DNA of 63,768 nt, filler included, from Collodictyon triciliatum (Eukaryota), in assembly GCA_043381765.1 (NCBI GenBank). It is 9 parts of 9 records of this genome, joined end to end, with 100 filler letters (N's around TTAATTAATTAA, not from the genome) between each part and the next. Parts side by side here need not be neighbours in the genome. Positions count along the whole stretch, not along the records: positions 37,406 to 44,773 come from JBHJMP010003930.1; positions 44,874 to 52,238 come from JBHJMP010003931.1; 7 more parts are not named here. The stretch is one strand, 5' to 3'. Within the stretch, counting starts at the first letter, position 1; each line of letters begins with the position of its first letter. Below, one piece after another: positions 37,994-52,338 of the stretch. The translations under genes and the position numbers were made by a program. The notes beneath the pieces were generated by a model, which was given only the letters and a program-made list of their open reading frames with translations, made no database searches and was not told where the DNA came from.

Positions 37994-40900
37994 TTGACTC
38001 CGAATGACTGAAAACAAATGCGAGATGCGAAATATTCGTCTCTAGAGATTAATTCAAACTTCGTATGTTGTGGGTGGCTTTAAATCTTGCTCCTCTGCCT
38101 TAACGGGTCTAATAACATTTCCTACTTCAATTTCTCCAATTCTTTCTTTCAAGCTCTGGTTGAATTAAAATGAAAGATAAGTACTTAATGCACAAAATTT
38201 GATGGTCAACTGGAATAAGTTTGGCGAGTCTAATTCACGTACCCAGATTACTGTCAAGTTTACAAACTTATACTTACCTGGTAAGTTTGTTCAGATATTA
38301 GAATCTGCCCACCGAGTGCCTTTCGACTTAATCTAACAGCTGTAGAAAGTGGCTACTCAAAATTTCGAAATGTTTAGAATACTGACTGATAGAAAAGATA
38401 ATTATTACTATTGAAAACGGGCTCATTGATATTTTTAGTGTACATATTACCTTTCCAGTATATTGAGTATGTTCGTTTACTGCATCTTTTTTTGCAGTGC
38501 AGGTTCCAGTATTCAATCCCTACATAATCGAATATATTTCACATGACTAAATAGCTGGTTCGCGTGTCATCGTGCTCACTCAAGTAAATAAAAAAAGTAT
38601 GTTTAAAAACCACAATTTTAATCCTGTAAAGTGGAGACGAAAAATGTAACATGAAAGAAAATGGATTAATTTTACCATTTGAACACGAAGCCCTTTCATT
38701 GTGCCTTCGTATATTTCTTTTCCTAACGGGTGAGACAGCAGCGATTCAGGCCATATATATTCTTGTAACTCGTACTGAACCGCTACACAAAACCTAGAAT
38801 AATAGAATTAGAAAAAAAATTACAATGTCCAACTTTGATATATGATTTCCAGATTACTTGACAGCATCGTAGGCCTCTTGAAAGACAATCACAAAGTTCT
38901 CCCCATCATTCTGGCTAATATACCCGTGGTTTTTTCGTGCAATCTATGATCATGTTTTTCATTAACTGCATAAAGAAACGCAATTATATCCGGCTGGTTC
39001 CTATTCTTCTTATTCTTGGAAAAAAATTGATCATATTAGATTTTAAAAAAGGAAAGCATAACCATATACCAACCTGTCTCACAATACTATTATGATTTAG
39101 GACAGCATCACACATAGCATCAGGAATTTCGTCCCACAAAGTTTCTGACCCCGCTACTCGAGTGCATACTACAGTTACTTCGCCATCTGGAGGTTTATCT
39201 GGAGAACTTATCATTCTCTGCATAATTTTAAAATATTTGGATCATTAATAAAGTTGGTATAAGATATATAAATGTGTCCACATATTTGTTCTTGTCATCA
39301 AGGAAAACATGAGCTATATTTCTGAAATAATTTCGATACCATGAATGATGATGAAGACGTTCTCGAAGCCTCTGTAATGACCTTAAATAGAATAGATCCT
39401 GGTTTAGTAATATCTAAATTATTTTTTTCAATGCAGTAGATGATTTTTATAGAGGATTAATTTTGATAAATTCCTTAATGTATAACTTACTGATATGCTT
39501 TTCGCTAGTTGTTGGAACGTAGGTCTCTCCAGAGGGTCCTGAGCCCAAGCTGATGTCATAATAGACTTTACATCCTCTGGTAGATTTTCCTCTAATTTTG
39601 GTCTCAATCTCGACATCAAAACCTGCGTTGTCACAGCCAATACGCTTTCCACATCATAATACGGGTCTTTTCTTGACATGATTTCCCAAGCGATAATACC
39701 AAAACTATAAACATCAGCAGCAACTTTGTATTCATCTCCTCCGATAACTTCTGGGGCGAGCCAAAGAAATGAGCCGACCCTTTCCTCTTGTTCATTCGAA
39801 CCTTGCATGATTGTCAACCCAAAGTCACTGTGTCGTAATATCATATTTATTAGTTCATTTTGTATCTTGTAAAATTCATGAATAAGCAATATTGGTGGGA
39901 ATTACCTGACTTTCAGACGAAGCCGGTCATCAACCTATTCATTTAATTATGAACAAAAAAGAAACAAAAGAAACAAAAGAAACAAAAGAAACAAAAGAAA
40001 CAAAAGAAAAAGAAAAAGAAAAAGAAAAAGAAAAAGAGAAAGAGAAAGAGAAAGAAACACAAGAAACAAAAAAGAAACACAAGAAACAAAAGAAACAAAA
40101 GAAACAAAAGAAACAAAAAAGAAAAAAGAAAGAGCGGTAAGCAGAAAATCTTCAACTTATAATGATCAATTTAGTTACGTACCAAAACATTCAAGCTTTT
40201 CAAGTCTCGGTGCAGTATCGGCGGATTCGACATATGCAAATACTGCATTCCTGTCCAATATTCGTTTTTCATATATGAAATATCGATGATTTCATTTGTA
40301 ATAAAAACGTCTTAAAATAAAATAAGAAACCTTTGCAAATATCCGCCATGAACTGGACTTTTTGGTAATGAGGAATATGTTTGTTTTCATCGTGGAGAAC
40401 GTCATACAAACTTCCGAACTGCATGAATTCACAAACAAGACAAAGATTTCCCCCTTCAAACACAGCGCCCATGTAAAGCACGATATTTGGGTGGCGTAGT
40501 TCTCTGGTTCAATTCGAAATTGATGAATGGGTTGAGAAAATGTGTGTAGTTCATAATAAAGGATAAATGTTTGAAGCTAACGTTCCTATTCTCATTTTTG
40601 GATTAAAACATTACACCATGACTGATATTTCTGCTTTGAATGATTCTATCGACTCTTTGCTTATGCTTTTTTCATGTATTTTCTTAATCGCAACTTCTGC
40701 TCCTCTCCATTCTCCCTTGTAAACCTGAAGTATAATTTTAGGTTGACGAGTTGAATGAACATTGCTAAATCTCAAAAAGAAAACTTAAAGGGTAAGTGAT
40801 AGCAAACATCTACCATGATATCAATGTTTTTAAAATCAATATAATATTATTTACTTGATGCAATATTCATTTTAGACGTGAAAAAAATGAAAATGAAATC

Positions 40901-43900
40901 CTCAGATTATTTGAAAAAATTACATCCCCAAAACTACCACTTCCAAGCAAGTGTCCGTAAATGAGCTCATCAGGGTCAATATATCCGTACATTTTACTTT
41001 TTGTCTTTTCCATATCGTCTTTCATTTTCTTTCTATACCACACCCCGAAGACAAGAAACAAGATAATGACACCACCAACAGAACCACCGATAATAGGGGC
41101 CATGTCTTGTGATGTTTCGTTCGCATCTATTAGAGGTCAAAATAAAGAATGTTACCATTCATATACTGTGCATCTAATACGAATGTTTCACGGCAATCGC
41201 AATATATATAACTCACCTAAATAACACATGTCCTATTGATGTAAGATTTTGAATATAGGATTAATATTTTGAAGAAAATAGACTTATTAACGATGTATAA
41301 TCATGGAAAATCATTAAATTATGTGAAAAATACTTCAGTCATGTGGTAACCCTCGACGCATTGGCATTGATTGGTCAAACTATTGAAATCTGAGTACTCT
41401 GGGCAGGCTGTAATTTTATTCAGACATTACAAAAATCTACTATTGTATATTATCAAATAAAAAAAAAAACAAGCCAACCTGCATGAGTTATTGTGAATCC
41501 ATTACAGCCGAAGCAAGCCTCATCTATGCTCTTCTTTGCGTCTCCTTGAGAAACGAAATGAATTCTGAAGCCAGTTTTTGACTTTATCTCTAAAAATCCT
41601 GTCTTTTCGTTTTGTTTTGTCTGAACTTCATAGTCTTCCGAGAGTGAATCAATAAGAAGACTAAATATTTCATTTGATGAGTAAATGGGAAATAATCAAA
41701 GTGGAATCATATTGTGGATTAATAATTGAGAATGTAACCTATCCTGCTTTCTGATGTCTTTCTGTACAATTATGTGTGTTGCATTTGGGAGAATCCATGT
41801 GCAGTTTGTGTTTTCTAGATATAGCCCAACCCCGCTGCCGTCATGGAACAAATCGGGTTTGAATGAACTTTCAATTACGGTGGCTTGTAAAGATGAACAG
41901 AAACCTGCAAATATAAAAAGGAAAAAAATGATTGTAAAAGGTGAAAATGAAATAAATTGTATACTAGCGGCTCAATCCTCTTCATTTTTTTCTTCATACC
42001 AGGCTTGTAGGCTACGACTTGATTAGTCATCGAGAGACCATTTGTCCCTCCAAATGTTAGCATTACGCCTCCGAACATTGAACCTGAGTGTTTTGCCATT
42101 CTCTCATAACCAGCAATTTTGTTGTTCATAAATAGTCTGACTTGTTTTTTGAACTCTGTATATGGAATCAAAGAGCTAATGTAAATTTAAATAGCAATCG
42201 TAAACTTGCTAAATTGTGGGATAGAGAAAAAAATTTAAAAAAACTTTTTTTTGAAAAGAAATACTAGAACCGTGCTGCTGCATCATAATAACTCGTTCTC
42301 CGTTTCTAGAGTCCTTCCCATGTAGCAACGTTGACTTCCCTGCCCCTCCACATACAAAGTGTGCCATGGGTGGAGATGGCTCGTTGGTATCATATTTCAT
42401 AGCTGTCCATGATTCTTTGTCTATTTTTTTTTTTTTTTTTTGCATTCGTTACTCATAAACGTTTAATTATTCATGTTATTAGGTTCGGTCAATTCATATT
42501 GGAATCGCTACTTGTATCGTAAGTCCAATGGTCATTCAAGACAGAACCGTCTGGGCTCACTCCTCCGTACATAGTGACGTTCGTATCATAAGAGAGACAA
42601 ATACTAGGGTATGTTCTCCTGGGCTAAGTGTATTCATAGTTTTAGATTTAATATACTTCAATTCGAATACCGAAAATAAACCGAATGTAGAAAAATAAAC
42701 TCCCTACTGGAATTAAATTTCCGACAAAATCCGATGATACAACTTTTTGCTTCATATCAAATTCCATCATTGCAGAGTAAAATTCCACGACTTTGATTCC
42801 TGGCATCATCTTAAACGTGGTAATATAATTATTTAGAAAAAAAAAAGCTCAGAACATGCTGGGGTCATCGTTAATGAAATAGAGAAACATTGTCACTGAA
42901 CCTGTCCGCCCCACATCCACAACTTCTCCCCTACTATCGTGGATCCGATTCCGTAGCGAGTGAATGGTCTTTGATAAATGGAAAGTCGGCTGTTGATGTT
43001 TTCTATCGACCACGTTTTCGATTCTTGAATAGGAAAGGTCAATAACTCAATTGGTATTCATTTTTTGGTTCAAAAATTATAATGACATTATCGCACACAA
43101 TACCTGTATCAAATAACCAGAGATTATTATCATTTGCCCCAACATCAGTTCGTCCTCCTACTGCAAAGATTTTTGTTCCCATAGAATACACGATAGCACC
43201 CGCTCTTGGTGCTGGTCCTGATACATGAGAACCAGAAAACATGGAAGTCCATTTTCCTGAGTCTATTCGTGCATTTTTTTATCAGTTTGCTGGTTATTGA
43301 GCATTTCAATTATTTTTCTTTTTCTTTCTCATTTTGAGTCAAGTATAAATACTCACCTATTTCAAAAATCCACAAGTCATTCAGCAGAACTTCATCCAGA
43401 TATTGGGTTGCTCCGCCAAATATTACAAAAGAAGAATTTGATATTTTGGCAAATCCTGCTTCAGTCCGATGAATTGGGGCTCTCAATATTGATGCATCTG
43501 ACCAAGTTCGGAGCTCTGTATTATATCATATTCATAAGTGATTGAAAATGGAAATATTTGTATCGCATATATACATAGGATTTCATATTAAGATGGTATA
43601 TGCTAGACTTCAATTACCCATATTCCATGTCCAAACATCATTTCCCACGACATTTCCAGTTGTGGCTCCTCCAATTATCATTAAATCACTTCCTAAACTC
43701 ACATATGCTGCTCCATATTTTGGTGGTGGAGTTTTTAGCGGCAAAGTCGGAATTGAGAGTGCATAGTTAATGCGATGCAGCACTTCGCCAGAGTCTGGAA
43801 GAGATTAAAAGGGCGACTTAGAATATTGGAATTAAAAAAATTAACAAATCATTTCATCCATCAATTATAAAAATCAGACATGTAAGTCTTATGAACACTA

Positions 43901-44773
43901 ATGAATACCCAAATCTATCACAATCACATCATTCAAGACTTCCTGTCGATAGCCACCAAAGATATGAAGCTCATTGTTCTTTTGGCTATACGCAAAGGAT
44001 TGTCTTCCAAATCGGCATATTGCTCCCTCGTCCAAGCACTCGACGCATGAAAGGAATAAACTTTGAATTTCCGAGTTTTTCATCACTAATTAACCGTGCA
44101 TATTGATTAAAATCACTACCTCAAATATACAACATCTTTAATTTACATACAATAGAGAAAACTCGATTAATTAAGTTGATACCTTCATCCATCTTGACTA
44201 AAGATTCAGAATCGAAGAGCCCGTCACTTCCGCCGAATAGAATGTATTCACCACTTCTCTTGAGTAGAGAGCCATATACTCTCGGATATTGCATGTCATT
44301 TTTTGCAATTATTTTCCAAGTGTCAGACCCTGAAATATTCATTCGATTTATTTTTTTTTTAAAAAAAAGTAGCAATTCCGAAAAAAGAACGACTTGAAGA
44401 TTTTCTTACTTGGATGATATTTGTAGATACTCTTAATCAAGGTCCCATTTTCCTGTATCCAAATAATATTGTTGGATTTAGAGACAAATATTCATCATCA
44501 ATCGAGCAATTAAAGTAACTTACATGCTTCCCACCATAAACGTATATATAATCTTCATCATTTAGACATTGACTTCCGATAAATGCTGATGGTGATTTCG
44601 ACATTCTCTTCCATTCAAATTGTGCAGCATTGAATTGATAGACGTAATTATCTGGTTCAAAGGTTTTCCCTCCAATCAAAACACCCGAAACATTCAACGA
44701 CACAAAACAAAACTGAATTCTGGGTCGAGGTAGATTTCCGACAATATTCACATGATTCCATCTTGAATTGGCT
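37406..44773 (-). CDS. Receptor kinase fragment: kelch repeats - CUB-like - EGF-like - TM - TKL kinase - class III cyclase-like domain - second kinase (both ends truncated)
   Basis: Kelch units (PRPR...LIGG, IYVYGG, YILFGG, LHIFGG, IFAVGG...LWLFD); CUB-like DGSGVGLYLENTNCTWIL; TM IIGGSVGGVIILFLVFGVWY-RKK. Kinase: GSGSFGDV|YKGEWRGAEVAIK, LRHPNIVLYMGA, HRDLKSLNVL, SDFGL, GSFLWLAPE, DVYSFG, RPTF. Cyclase-like PPDGEVTVVCT...LWDEIPDAM and GGQILISE. Second kinase starts LGTGSYGTVYVANYK. Confidence 0.87.
39955..40135. repeat. Intronic A-rich compound repeat (AAAGAAACA)n/(GAAAAA)n
   Basis: Direct tandem repeats inside a kinase-domain intron. Confidence 0.85.
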
Positions 44774-44873
44774 NNNNNNNNNNNNNNNNNNNNNNNNNNN
44801 NNNNNNNNNNNNNNNNNTTAATTAATTAANNNNNNNNNNNNNNNNNNNNNNNNNNNNNNNNNNNNNNNNNNNN
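44774..44873. other. Artificial contig linker
   Basis: N44-TTAATTAATTAA-N44. Confidence 0.98.
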
Positions 44874-45025
44874 AAAAAGAAAAAAGAAAAAAGAAAAAAG
44901 AAAAAAGAAAAAAGAAAAAAGAAAAAAGAAAAAAGAAAAAAAGAAAAAAAGAAAAAAAGAAAAAAAGAAAAGAAAAGATAAAAGAAAAGAAAAAGAAAAG
45001 AAAATAAAACAAAAAACTATTCTAG

Positions 45026-48000
45026 ACTTTTTGACTCAAAAAACGAGAACTGAGTTATACCTTGCCGAATGCGAAAAAATGGTTTCCAAGTCACAAGTAT
45101 TTTATTTTTTAAATTAAAGTATGATATAATTTGTAAAATATTACAAAATGATGTACTTTTTTTATATTCCTTCTAATATTTTGATTTTTTTAGATACTCT
45201 TCAAGCAGCAAACATCAAACAAGTCAAAATATCATGTAGCCACACAAATGAGTTATGTTAAACCCATGTTTGAAGTGGCATGGTGCCCAATGTTGTCTGT
45301 GTTCAGTGTCATGTTAGAACAAGAGGAGGTTGCCAGTTTAAATCAAATACATATGACTTGTTATTTACTTTATGAATTCTAATCTCAAAAAATAGGCCGA
45401 ATAAGATGAAAAATTAAATCAACAGGATACGAGCATCGTTGACCTTTGTCTTAGTGGCTTCAAACATTGTATCAGAGTGTCATCCATTTTCTATCTTGAA
45501 ACCGAACGAAAAGCATTCGTCTTGGGTGAGAGATACAATTCTTTATATGTCATCCTGCCTGCTTGGCTCAAAATTTATTACTGCATGAGACATAAATTTT
45601 TTTCCCCAAAATTCTTCATACATTTGCCCTTTTTGAAGCATACACACAATATCTTCACTCAAATTAATTAAATACATCATGGTACTTATCTAACGATGGT
45701 TTCTGTTACCCCTTTCCTCTTCTTTTTTCTTTTTGGCCCGGCGCCTATTGATTTTCATTAGGATTATCGAAATTCACTTCGCTGATATCCACGTCTGATA
45801 TTAAGATGAAGAATATTCAGTCAATTTATGCCATGATATCAATCGCTTCGACCTGTGGGAACCATCTGCAGGATTCTTGGAGTGATGTACTTCGTTGCAT
45901 TTCAGAACTAGAAAGATTGCGACTTCTCGGTTCTGGTGTGAAACCAGAGACAATCATAGGGAATGAACATCCCCAATCACAAGGGTGACAATAATCAATT
46001 TTCTCTCTCGCAACTCATATATTTTTATACGATGTCATGTTTTACTATAGTCATTAAATATTCTTTGTGTGTTTAGAAAAAAACCGTACTCGCTGAAAGT
46101 AGAGCAGGCTGTTCAACTAAAGAGATGGAATTCCGTAATTTCTTTCGGAGAAGTTTCCAAATTATTATTCTATGTATTTCCTTTATTGTTGTTCCTGTTC
46201 TGTTTTTCTTGAGATTTGGCGTTTATTCTAAGCCATTTTCTTTTGACCGGTCCCAGATTGCGATGCCTACTATGACAACCGAGGAATTCAACTCATTAAA
46301 CATTATTGAACATATGCAAAATATCGAGGCTGATATCGACAGCATATTTTCGGAGAGTACAAAGCTAACCAATGTATTATTTCTTTATCTCATATACTTG
46401 CTCCTCCAACCAGTTCTAGTGAACAATGGAAGCAAATCTAATATAAAACCACGACATTTTTCTTACCAGGAAGGTATTGTGTTTTTCGTAAGGAATTTGT
46501 GTGAAATATCAGCAGAAGATATAGACTCGCCCACACCTCGAATATTCTGCCTCCGGGTATATATTTGCAACATCCCATGTATTTATTACAGATGCCACCC
46601 CTATCTTAACTCTATACAAACATCACAAACATTTTATGGCGTATTTAAATTTCACTCGCCTCCATTCGTAGAAAATTGTCGAAATAGCCTCTTTCAATAT
46701 GTCGAGAATTCGTTATGTATGGTCTAATATCTGGTCGGTTATGGCTGCACACTTCCGTCAGGTTTTTATTTGCTTACCCATTTTAATTCTTTTATAAGAA
46801 AAAAATGCTTCACTTGTGGGGTATATGTTAAATCTGGTTGATTAAAATATTTGGTTATCTTCGTAAAGGTCGGGTGCCATCGAAATTATCATATAGCCAT
46901 GTACGCAGTGGACTCATTGAGACAACTTGCGATGAAGTTTCTCGAGAAGGTATTCAGTTAACATAAAACCATGGTGTTTTTTTTTCTTTTTTTGAGAATA
47001 GAAACAAAATATGATTTCATGTATAGTTATTCATGGTTTTTTTTTTCAACTTTTACTCAGTCGTCTCTTGGGTTCTGACCCCGCTCTATCGACAATAATA
47101 TACAGGAGGAGCTCGTAAACTACCACTTTCAAAAAGAATTCCTGAAGCCGTTTGAACATATAATGTCCAACAATCAATCCCTTGAAATAAGAGAGCTTGT
47201 ATGATTTAAATTCTGATAGAGTATGTTATGTACACTCAATATTATGAGTTGCATATACTTGATATCTTTGTTAAAGGTGATATACTGTGTTCATCATTCT
47301 TTATCCTTATTCTTCTCCTACAAGGTTGTTCATTGTTTGCAGCAAATGGTCGATGCGCGAGCAAGAAATATAAAGTCAGGATGGAAGAGCATATTTGCTG
47401 TATACAGCATAGCCGCAACAGACAGCGACGGTTTTTTTTATATAGATAATATAATATAGTTAAGGTTAAATGCTAGCTTCATAGAAATACATCTGCCGGT
47501 GACGATAATTGACATTCTGTTTATGCAATCTATTCTTAACATAGAATCTGTCAATAAGTTAAGCTTTCAAGTAATGGATAGCATCATCCAGCAAAAATTT
47601 GCGGTAAGAAAAAGTGTCAGCAGCAAAGAAAAATACGACTAAGATCTTAGTGACTTTCATCCATTTTCATGGTTGCACTTCTACAAGGCAATAAGCCTAG
47701 TAATTGTAACAATTGTATTATTCTGCCATATTAACATTTTTTTGTTCAAAGTTTGTATCGGAGACCCTGGAAACTTATGTTGACTTTACAAATGGACTAG
47801 TTTCCTTTGGTTGCAACGTACTTTACCCCGAAACAAGGTTTTTTTTATTTATGTAATTTTTTTAGATTGGTTAGATGAATAGTAAGTCATATCCAAAGGT
47901 AGAAAATGTACATTTTATCATCTTAAATCAATTCATGTTTATCTTTAAAAATTTGTAAAGTGAAAATTGATTTGCAAATCTACGTTTCAAAAAAAGTTTG

Positions 48001-50776
48001 AAAGCAATCGACCTACTCCGTTCCAGCGCGAGAGCCTATCTACAAAATTCCATTCTTCGAAGCCAACAATCGTCTGAGCCTTCAGGTATTCATATACATC
48101 ATAATAATTTTAAATCTTATTTTCACATTTCTTTCTAAAAAATAAATAAATTGAAATTTGGTCCCTTGTTTGATACAATATGCTCACATATCCAAAAATT
48201 GCCACACTTTTGATGTATTAAAAAAAACTCTCGACTATTTCCACTGCAGCTTTTATTTTCACAGATAATGAACATCATTTACAAATATGGTTTCCCATTC
48301 TTACGGGTCTCTCGCGTATAATCAATCAACAGGACATCAAAATTCAAAAGCAGTCTGTTATTTGAAACTTCCTTGATTAAATATGCCATTATTTTCTTTG
48401 ATTACATTCTTTGTGACCCTGTAAGGAAATACGATAAAAAATATGAAATAGTATCTAATGAACCTAAAGGATGGCCACATTATATAGGGCACTTTCGCAT
48501 CTTGTAGAATTGCTTGTATCGTACGGTTCACTTTTCTCTCCTCGTTTATGGGAGTTAATATTTCGCGGCGTCCTGTTCCCAATATTCGACGATATTCGAC
48601 ATGTTCAAAAGCGTGATGTATTTTTGAACCACTAATTGAACAAACATTTTAATGAATGTTTTCTGTCGTAGAAATTTTTTTGGAGCCTATTCTAAAGTCC
48701 TATCATAGATACAAGGTATGCAGTGGTTGGAGACAACATGTATCGATGCATTGAATGGACTTACCGATTTGCTTTCAGTCCATTTCCAAAGTATATCTTT
48801 CATGTTCGAGGACATACTAGACTTATACAGCATTTGCATAACACAAGGTAAGGACCATATGGCCACATCGCTGCTACATTTCTCTATTTTTTTTAAAAAA
48901 TATTTGTTTCGTATTTTAGTGAATTCTTTAGAGTTAGAAATGTAATCCTCCTTTAAAAAAAAAACTGAAATATTGATTAGTGGACTGTGAAAAGTTGACT
49001 CGGATAGCTGTGGCTTGTTTACATAAGTTAATCATGAAAGCGATGCAATTAGTAATTTCTTTGTTAAATATAAAATGCTAATATTTTCTCCTGTGCTCCT
49101 ATTTATTCGATCACAAAGTATCCCATTGTATTTCACTTTCTTGCTTTTGTCACTGTCCTGTAGTAATGTCCATTTTTCACTTTATTGCACTTCTGATACT
49201 CATGGATTTTAATTAATTTGCTGCACAACTGGTTCAGTTTACAGATACACTTTGGGACAGTTTCCTAGCAACAATCAAGTCGCTTTTCAAGTCAACAACA
49301 CCTATTGAGCTGATGACTTTTCAATCTGGAGATGAATCAACCGATGGAAATGGAGGTTCAATTGGAACAAAGAAATCAGTAACTAGTGAATCATCTGGCT
49401 CGAGTTCAAAACCTAGCTCAAGGCGTTCCTCCATGTCATCAAATTATTCCAATGTATGGAATACAGCGGAGAAAAGTGAAACTTCGCCCAAGGATAGTTC
49501 TTTACCACACGAGAGAATCAATTTTCACACAGTCCGAGCAAAGTGTGTCACACAACTCACTCTGATTCAGATGATAACTGACTTCGTCACGGGCACACTT
49601 CATGATTTGGAGGTCAAGCAGATTTCTTCGCTGTGTGCAAATCTCTACGATTCATACGAGGTACACTCTAACCGTATCATTCTTGGGCTTTTACTACTTT
49701 CGGTATCATCAATGATGAATTACCATTTTTTTCTGATGAGATATGCGTATTTATTTACTTTATCGACCAGTTTGCAGCAGCCTTTAATCGAAACATTCCT
49801 CTCAGAGTTGCCCTCTGGAAAGCCAGTAACTTTTTTTTTACTTTATCTTTTGGTTATGAGATAAAGGTGACTCATTGATATTGGGAAATAAAATCGATTT
49901 TTTTCTTAAAAAAAGGTAATGTTCAAAGCTCATATTTTCGTTGGCTAAAATGGAATTATTTTAACCGTTAGAATTCATGAACCAACTCCCGAATCTTATC
50001 AAGCAAGAGACAAACGCTCTGACTAATTGGTTGAGGATATACTTTTTCATGTTAAAAGACAAAAGCCACCCCCACACGATGCGTATTGAACACGCACAGG
50101 AACTTTTGATAAGGTTTCTACATTTTTTTCATCTGTTTTTTTTTCTTTTCGTGTTGATAAACAATATTTTTTTAGTTAGTTTATCAAGTTTGGTTTAATT
50201 CATCCATATAAACTTAAGCAGTCGATAGCGCCATTCTCGTTTACTATGACACGGGTTTAAATCGAATAATTAATCCTTTTTCAGGAGGTGCTGCTTGATT
50301 CTGAGCGACTTTATTCAAAGGGAAACCAAGATGGGTAACTCTCAGACAGAGGAGTCTCGTGAGACTCAAATATGGGTGTCAATAATCGTTTTTATTCTGC
50401 AAGAATTCTGTGATTTGGATGAATCTGACGTAAGTATCTATTTCCTTCATCTTTTCCCCTAATACTTACACAAGTCTGTAAGAAAATATAACGAAACACA
50501 TATATGAAAAATAGAAAAAAACATACGAACAGTGGTTCCCTGTGATAAAGTAGTTAAATTAGGCTAAACAGTCTTCCAACTAATATACAAAAATAGTTCA
50601 GTAAACACCTTCCAATATTCTACTCTGCTTTCGGTGACTTGATGTTACTGCAACATATCGAAATCCGCCAGAGTGTTCGCTCCATATACATTCGAATCGG
50701 GAAAGTGCACTCAATTCTGCCAGACAAAACCATCCAAACAAATGAAACTTCCCCAAACTTCGAAGATAAAAACTGA
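45026..50776 (+). CDS. Large ARF guanine-nucleotide exchange factor of the BIG/Sec7 subfamily, C-terminal HDS domains (5'-truncated; Sec7 domain not in the contig)
   Basis: [175 protein letters not shown]. Last exon ends ...FEDKN* at 50776. Confidence 0.92.
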
Positions 50777-51984
50777 TTTTTCCCGCCTCAGTCTTTGAGC
50801 CCTGTGCAAACGAGCCCAAAAGCTTCAAAATAAAAGAATACAAATTCCATATCACACTCAAAGATTTTAGGCACATCTACGGTTGAATGTATGAGTGATA
50901 TATTATTTTTTTAAGCTGCGAATGGAGAAGGAAGCTTAAAAAGAAAAACCAAAACCAAAACCAAAAACCAATAACCAAAAAACCAAAACAACCAGAATTT
51001 TTTTTCACAGTTTTTATTCCTATGACTGAGACAATTGCTTATGGAATATTTATTGCACTCGGATTCATCCAAAAAAGCCTACTAGCATTACGATGTGGCA
51101 TGATTTACTGACATGACAACACACAAAACTGAATGCTTAGGATACCCCGTTCGCAAAGCAACGAAATTCCAATGCAAAAGTTGCCAGAAGCCGGTGAATC
51201 GCGATGATTGGAACGCGTATGTGCGTGTGTCGAAATCGTGTCCGTGGTGTTTGTCTCCACAAAACCCCAGCTACTGAGCCAAAGGTACACGGGGCCAAAA
51301 TAAACAGAAGGAAAGAGCAAGAGAGGAATCGGATTATCATGAGGGGATACTATGCGAAAGCACAGAAGATGATAATCAAGGCTCTATAAGCGAACACAAA
51401 TATTTTCTCTTTTTTCCTTTATTTCTCTTGTATCTTCATTCATAACATTCGCGGTTGTTGGCGGCAATATCCTTTTAATATTGGAGGTTTCGAGGCCATA
51501 AGAATGGCAATGAAAGTTTATAGACCAAGCGGAAACAATATTTCAAGTCTCCATTGAGCCTTTTTGACGACATATACCACGCAAAAGATGTGCCATAGCA
51601 AATAGAAAAGGGGAAATACCTCGTTTTTTATTGTCAGACTTTCACTCGCCAGGAAGTTCTATTCGCCATACCCCAGAACCCTCGAGGATGGTAGCTCACT
51701 TGCTGGGACGCTTTTGATAACAATTTTAAAAACTTTTACAAATAAAACCAAAATAATATCATTGCAATATCGGAACTGCAATCACACGCAAAACATTGCT
51801 TGTGAAGCACAATCGTACTTTGGAATGGGAAATGCGTTGTTTGGAAATGCTTCTTCTTCCCTCACTCTTTTGGACTGGTTATACATACCAAATGTATAGA
51901 TTAATCCACCCGAAATTTGTTTAAAATCAACAGCAACAAAAGCAACAGATGATTCTCAACCACCAGAAGTGACATTGATTTAAG

Positions 51985-52238
51985 AAATAAAGAAAAAGAG
52001 AAAAAAAAGAGAAAAAAGAGAAAAAAGAGAAAAAAAGAGAAAAAAGAGAAAAAAGAGAAAAAGAGAAAAAAAGAAAGAAAAAAGAGAGAAAAAAGAGAGA
52101 TAAAAGAGAGATAAAAGAGAGAAAAAAGAGAGAAAAAAGAGAGAAAAAAGAGAGAGAAAAAAGAGAGAAAAAAGAGAGAAAAAAGAGAGAAAAAAGAGAG
52201 AAAAAAGAGAGAAAAAAGAGAGAAAAAAGAGAGAAAAA
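51985..52238. repeat. A/G-rich tandem repeat (about GAGAAAAAAGA)n at contig end
   Basis: Direct tandem repeat. Confidence 0.9.
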
Positions 52239-52338
52239 NNNNNNNNNNNNNNNNNNNNNNNNNNNNNNNNNNNNNNNNNNNNTTAATTAATTAANNNNNN
52301 NNNNNNNNNNNNNNNNNNNNNNNNNNNNNNNNNNNNNN
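52239..52338. other. Artificial contig linker
   Basis: N44-TTAATTAATTAA-N44. Confidence 0.98.

Noticed and set aside
51100-51980. Coding-like stretch downstream of the ARF-GEF gene
   Set aside because: No consistent frame or motif on either strand; it could be an unrecognised gene end or a decayed element.
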